Below, piece by piece: positions 59,901-64,000 of a stretch of DNA of 64,000 nt. The stretch's first letter is position 1. Every line of letters begins with the position of its first letter. The DNA comes from Asterias rubens (taxonomy: Eukaryota), in contig NC_047075.1 in assembly GCF_902459465.1 (NCBI RefSeq), positions 3,038,001 through 3,102,000 of the forward strand, given 5' to 3'. The notes under the pieces are model-generated. The model ran no database searches. It was given only the letters and a program-made list of their open reading frames with translations, and was not told the origin of the DNA. The position numbers were made by a program, and so were the translations under genes.

Positions 59901-61518
59901 TACAAGTTGCCATCCACAGAGACCAGTTTCAAAATCACAGTCGGTGACTGGATGAAAACAAAGAGAAAAGAGTTTTATTTTTTTTATAGACCTAGGCCCT
60001 ACTCATCCATCATGAGCCCTTTCTTGTAACAGAAATGTGTTGAAAAAAACTGAACTGTAAACGTAAAGTGTGAAAGCTTGAGAGCTTGAAAGATTGCAAG
60101 CCCAAAGAAAGGTTTATCTTGGTTTTTAAAGCACTTCTCTGCAATCTGGGGCATTCTACATAGTTTTATCTTCATATTTTCATGAATTTGATCCAATTAA
60201 AAAAAAAATCAGTGGGGGGGGGGCAGGGTTGTTGCTTTCAAACTTCACTATAAGTTTCAAATTTGCTGGTAAAATCTAGGTTTGGAATGTGCAAGTGTAA
60301 ACTTGAGTCTAGCTTTGAAATTTGCCTTTGAAAACTTGAAACTTGGTTTGAAAAAAAAAAACATTTGCAAAAGAGTCACTTACCACAACCGGCTTCGTCG
60401 GACTCATCTGAACAATCCTTCCTGAAGTCACACACGTGCCGTCTTGAAATACACGTGTTCTCCGGAGCGCAGTAGACCTGCTGTATTGAGCAGCGTCCGG
60501 TCGTGTCAGAGGTCGTAGGTTGTGCGACTGTCGTTGTCACATCATCGGCAGGACTGTTAGGAAGCTGACCTGTAAAATAAAGTTTCCATGATTGTTTTCA
60601 TATGTTTTGTGTTCCTTAATTGTACTCCTGGGGGTTGCAGTTTTTTCACTTCAATTAAAAAGCTATAACAAATCTGTCAAAAGAGTTTTGCATGATGTGA
60701 ACAGTAAGAATAAACTATAAATAAAAAGTGAACTTGCGGGTAGTAATTAAAATCTACTTGAGGGAGTGTTGGTTCTGAAAAGAGTCGGTGTGGTCTCGAT
60801 GTTTTGATCATGCTTGCTTTCTCCTAACGACGAGCAGAGTACATGTATATACTGTTCGAAACGTCAAGACCATCACACCTGAGCCCAATTTCATAGCGCT
60901 GCTTTATAACGGTAAGCAAATTTGCGTGCTTACTGTAGCAGAAAAATTTGCTTAAGCCTTAGCGTATTTCACAGGTTAGCAGAAAAATTGGGCGGCCATA
61001 TTACGTGTTTACCGTGGATTTGCATTGTGACTTAATTTATTTTCGTGCGGTAAGCACCGGAAGGTTAGCATGCCTTTTCATGTGCTTACGGTTAGCAGCG
61101 CTATGAAATAGAAATTGCACAGTAAGCACAAAATCGGCTGCTAAGCAGCGCTATGAAATTGGGCCCTGCTATTTTCAGAGCCAACATTCCCTCAAAAGAG
61201 ATTTAATGGTTGTACCCATAAGTTCACTATTTATTTAAAGTTTATTCTAATTCAAATTGTATTTGTTTTGTACCTGTGTATAACAATTAATTTGTATAAA
61301 ATAATTGAAATAAACTTGTCTGTACCTGTGTAGACAATGCAACCAGGAGTAAAAGAGACATCATCAATAGCAATGTCACCGTTCAAACCATCCCCAATGG
61401 TAGCTTCTATCACAACCTGAAACAAATACCAAGAAAAAAAATAGACAACAGTAAGAAGGATTTAAAGGTAAAGTAAACCTTTGAAATTTGTAACCATTCC
61501 TTTATTTCAAACCTATAT

Positions 61519-61551
<33 letters not shown>

Positions 61552-63070
61552 AATGGTTTATTAAAAAACTGTCCTCGCGGCACAAAGGCTGAATTACAAC
61601 AATTTTACATAAATTTAAAATTTGAAATTAAATAGAAGGCAAATTGGAAATAAAAAAAAATAAAAAAATATGTGAAATAGTTAAGCCACTCCCCTAAATT
61701 TACACATTAAAAATTGCACATATATAGTTGTATGCAACCAAATTAACCTGTGAAAATGTCACTTCAAAAGGTGGTCGACTTCAAATGAACCATGTTTTTA
61801 CACTGTCCTAAACTGCAGCATACAGTTAGGCATATCACAAGAGCAAAGAAGGATGAGAGAGGACCAGTTTCTCAATGACTGGATGGCTGTTATGAACCTG
61901 CAGTCGATTTCACAAAGAGTTAGGACTTGTCTTATCTCGAGTTAGGACCAGTTACTCGCCCTAACTTAGGATTAATCTTAGGGTCTGCATACTACAGTGC
62001 AGGGTTGTGACTCGTCCTAAGTCCTAAGATTAGTCTTAAGTTAGAAAGAGTTTTGTGAAATTGACGGCAGCTCTTTTATAGCGCAATTCCAAGAAAAGTA
62101 TCAATGCACTTCACACCCAAAAAACAATAACAAATATAATACATTAGAATAAATAAGTTTTGAGGTTGCGTTTGAAAGCTAAAACTGTTGGAGAGGATCT
62201 TATGGTATGTGGTAATTTGTTCCAGAGAGTTGGCCCGAAAACACTGAACGATCCATCGCCTATCCGCCCGCTACTCTTTGGAATGGAAAGACGAGTAACG
62301 TCCCCGCTTGATCGTAGGCCTTCCCTAGATGGTACATGGGTGGCAATGCAGTCTTTCAGGTAAACAGGCGACAGATCATTCAGAGCTTTGTAGATGTAGA
62401 GTAGTGTTTTAAACTTGATCCTTTTGTCAATTGGCAACCAGTGTAGTGTAGCCAGTGTCTGTCACCAACAAAGGATAAACCAAAGGCTTAAATAAAAATA
62501 TCCATATTATTTGGATATTTCAAAGTCACACATCCAGGGGCTGTGATACGAGCAAAGCATTCTGAGAGAAAGAATCACGCAGCGAGATCGTATACCACTA
62601 GGCACGAGGTTGGCAGTTTGCCTTAGCCTAAACATCTGACGACACACTTCGAGGCGTGGAATTCAATAGAGATTGGCCTCGAGCCTACATCAAGATCCTG
62701 ACGATCACGTGGTACGGATGTTCCATTGATCTAATATTCATTTTGCAGTCAAATTCCATGTACATGTACATGCTAACATATAAAACACTGTAATATAGGA
62801 CGGCATATCCAATGATATAGCTGGTTCTGTAAAACTAATACCTGCAGATAAGGACAGGGGACCAGTCGAAGTTTGCCTATGCAAGAATGTTTACCTCACC
62901 TGGAAGTTGAACGAGGTCGCCAGCGTGATCTCGGCCCTCTGCCAATAGTTTCCCTGCTCGGTGAATCGGAACCAGACTGGGTTGCTGAACGTGGTGGTCC
63001 CAGCGTAGCGATTGGCGTAGACGTTGAGGTAGTCCACATCCTCTCCGTACATGTGATAGAAGAATCGGAT
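44304..63070 (-). CDS. MAM and LDL-receptor class A domain-containing membrane protein (MALRD1/MAMDC4-like), 5' part outside the window. 23 exons: 63070-62900, 61416-61326, 60569-60384, 59947-59762, 58754-58498, 58334-58250, 57737-57615, 57016-56864, 56601-56501, 55214-55041, 54207-53970, 53283-53140, 52227-52046, 51928-51757, 51114-50992, 50179-50030, 49859-49717, 49572-49365, 48272-48117, 47188-47147, 46306-46192, 45208-45136, 44390-44304
   Basis: All exons join in frame through GT-AG sites (3360 nt including stop). There are five MAM units (first partial; CDFE..CGW, DHT, YLY.D/E, F.YHM.G, IAIDDV.F) alternating with five LDLa modules (e.g. [28 protein letters not shown]). These are followed by [28 protein letters not shown] and a tail with LDNPNY ending KEETA*. 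Orthology to a specific vertebrate gene is not established. Confidence 0.92.
45671..46051 (+). mobile_element. tRNA-derived SINE (other copies or fragments about 1-40, 10215-10445, 52370-52773, 54340-54560, 56050-56120)
   Basis: A box TGGTCGAGTGG, B box GGTTCGAATCC, shared body cttctctccacccaggggtaaatgg, T-rich tail, and a possible ctgcaga TSD. Confidence 0.8.
46457..46629. mobile_element. Palindromic MITE ggggtggatttcacaaag...ctttgtgaaatccacccc (relatives about 684-860, 6788-7076, 61900-62070)
   Basis: Nearly perfect hairpin built from ttaggactagtcctaa units. Confidence 0.8.
55336..55732 (-). mobile_element. Kolobok-like MITE family 1 copy
   Basis: Both TIRs and TTAA present. Confidence 0.85.
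58890..59281 (-). mobile_element. Kolobok-like MITE family 1 copy
   Basis: Both TIRs and TTAA present. Confidence 0.85.
62075..62460 (-). mobile_element. 3' fragment of an L2/CR1-clade LINE (ORF2 C-terminus + 3'UTR)
   Basis: Translates [30 protein letters not shown]...LRSS...[34 protein letters not shown], the typical L2/CR1 ORF2 end, followed by a gcgctataaa-type tail. Confidence 0.85.
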
Positions 63071-64000
63071 CTACGCAACGATATCATCACAATAAGCAGA
63101 ACTTAGAAATCTACTCCGAGTACAGAAGTTTATCGAATTAAAAAAAAACGGTAGTACAATATAGCGAGACACGTTTTCAAAACACAATCTACCCAGCAAG
63201 AAGATAGACACATGGTGTTATCGCAAACCACTATACATGTACCTCACCATGCAAAAATGCCTCAAATCTCATTTAAGGTCTTTAACGGCCATTTAAAACC
63301 GGTAGGGCCATGGTCATGCGATGGACTGTGTCATAAATAAAGACCGTGACAAACAGGTTGACTATTTTGACTCGAACCCAGGCTGGTTGACCATCGACCA
63401 TTTGGAACCAGCCTTGGTTTCTTCCAAGGTCCTGATAGCCTTTTCAATGCTAAACATGTGTTCAGCACAGAAGGGAACTTTTTAGAAATTGCTCAGCAGT
63501 ATTTTCTGCTCAACAACTTTATAAAATTGGGCCCAAAACCTTGCAGATGACTGCTACATGTAGCTATAAAGTCTGATTCATAAATATCCCAGACAGTTTC
63601 TCTACTCCTATTGGTGGAGAGCGCGTCACGTGGGGGTGTTTATAATGACCAGCTGGAGCTGTTTATAACAAGCTGGCTTCCGCATGTCGGGGGCACAAGA
63701 TTATCTGACGGAACGCAATTCATAGCTATAGTTACAGCGCGTAATCTACATGTAAGTGTGCGCGCATACACACAACCCACATGCATCGAACAGATTCTTC
63801 ACAAAGTTTTTGGAAAAAATATTTAAAACCTCGAATTTTCAATTGTTAAAGTGTCTATAAGTGTACTGTAAGGGCATTTATGAATGGGAAAAAAAAGAGT
63901 AGTGACTCCTCCTTAAACGTCCGTTTAAAACCTTGCAGGGTCTTTGCCATGCGATAAAGGCCCTCGCCTTCGGCTCTTGCCTTTATCACACGGCCGCCGA

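Overview
Eukaryotic, intron-rich, AT-rich genomic DNA with one N gap (3968-4689). The interspersed repeats and gene content suggest an echinoderm, probably a sea star (inference). I reconstructed gene models by hand from GT-AG splice sites and reading-frame phase. (1) Five tandem, co-oriented minus-strand paralogs (Y, Z, A, C, B; 122-39882, about 10 kb apart) form a small gene family I cannot assign to any known family. Each has a conserved MV(Q/K/L)(L/V)-start exon, a phase 0-0 transmembrane exon, a hypervariable Gly/His/Asp-rich exon and a short terminal exon, and predicts a 112-189 aa type II membrane protein. The ORF track shows only fragments of these genes. (2) A secreted PAN/apple + fibrinogen C-terminal (FReD) gene with an intronless CDS lies on the plus strand inside that cluster. 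(3) The 3' 23 exons (1119 codons, 44304-63070, minus) of a MAM/LDL-receptor class A repeat membrane protein have a TM segment and an NPNY tail. Its last splice acceptor is amplified sevenfold by a 91-bp tandem repeat. The rest is dense non-autonomous TTAA-flanked DNA transposons and other MITEs, tRNA-derived SINEs, an L2/CR1 fragment, satellites, and Penelope-type minimal hammerhead ribozyme motifs.
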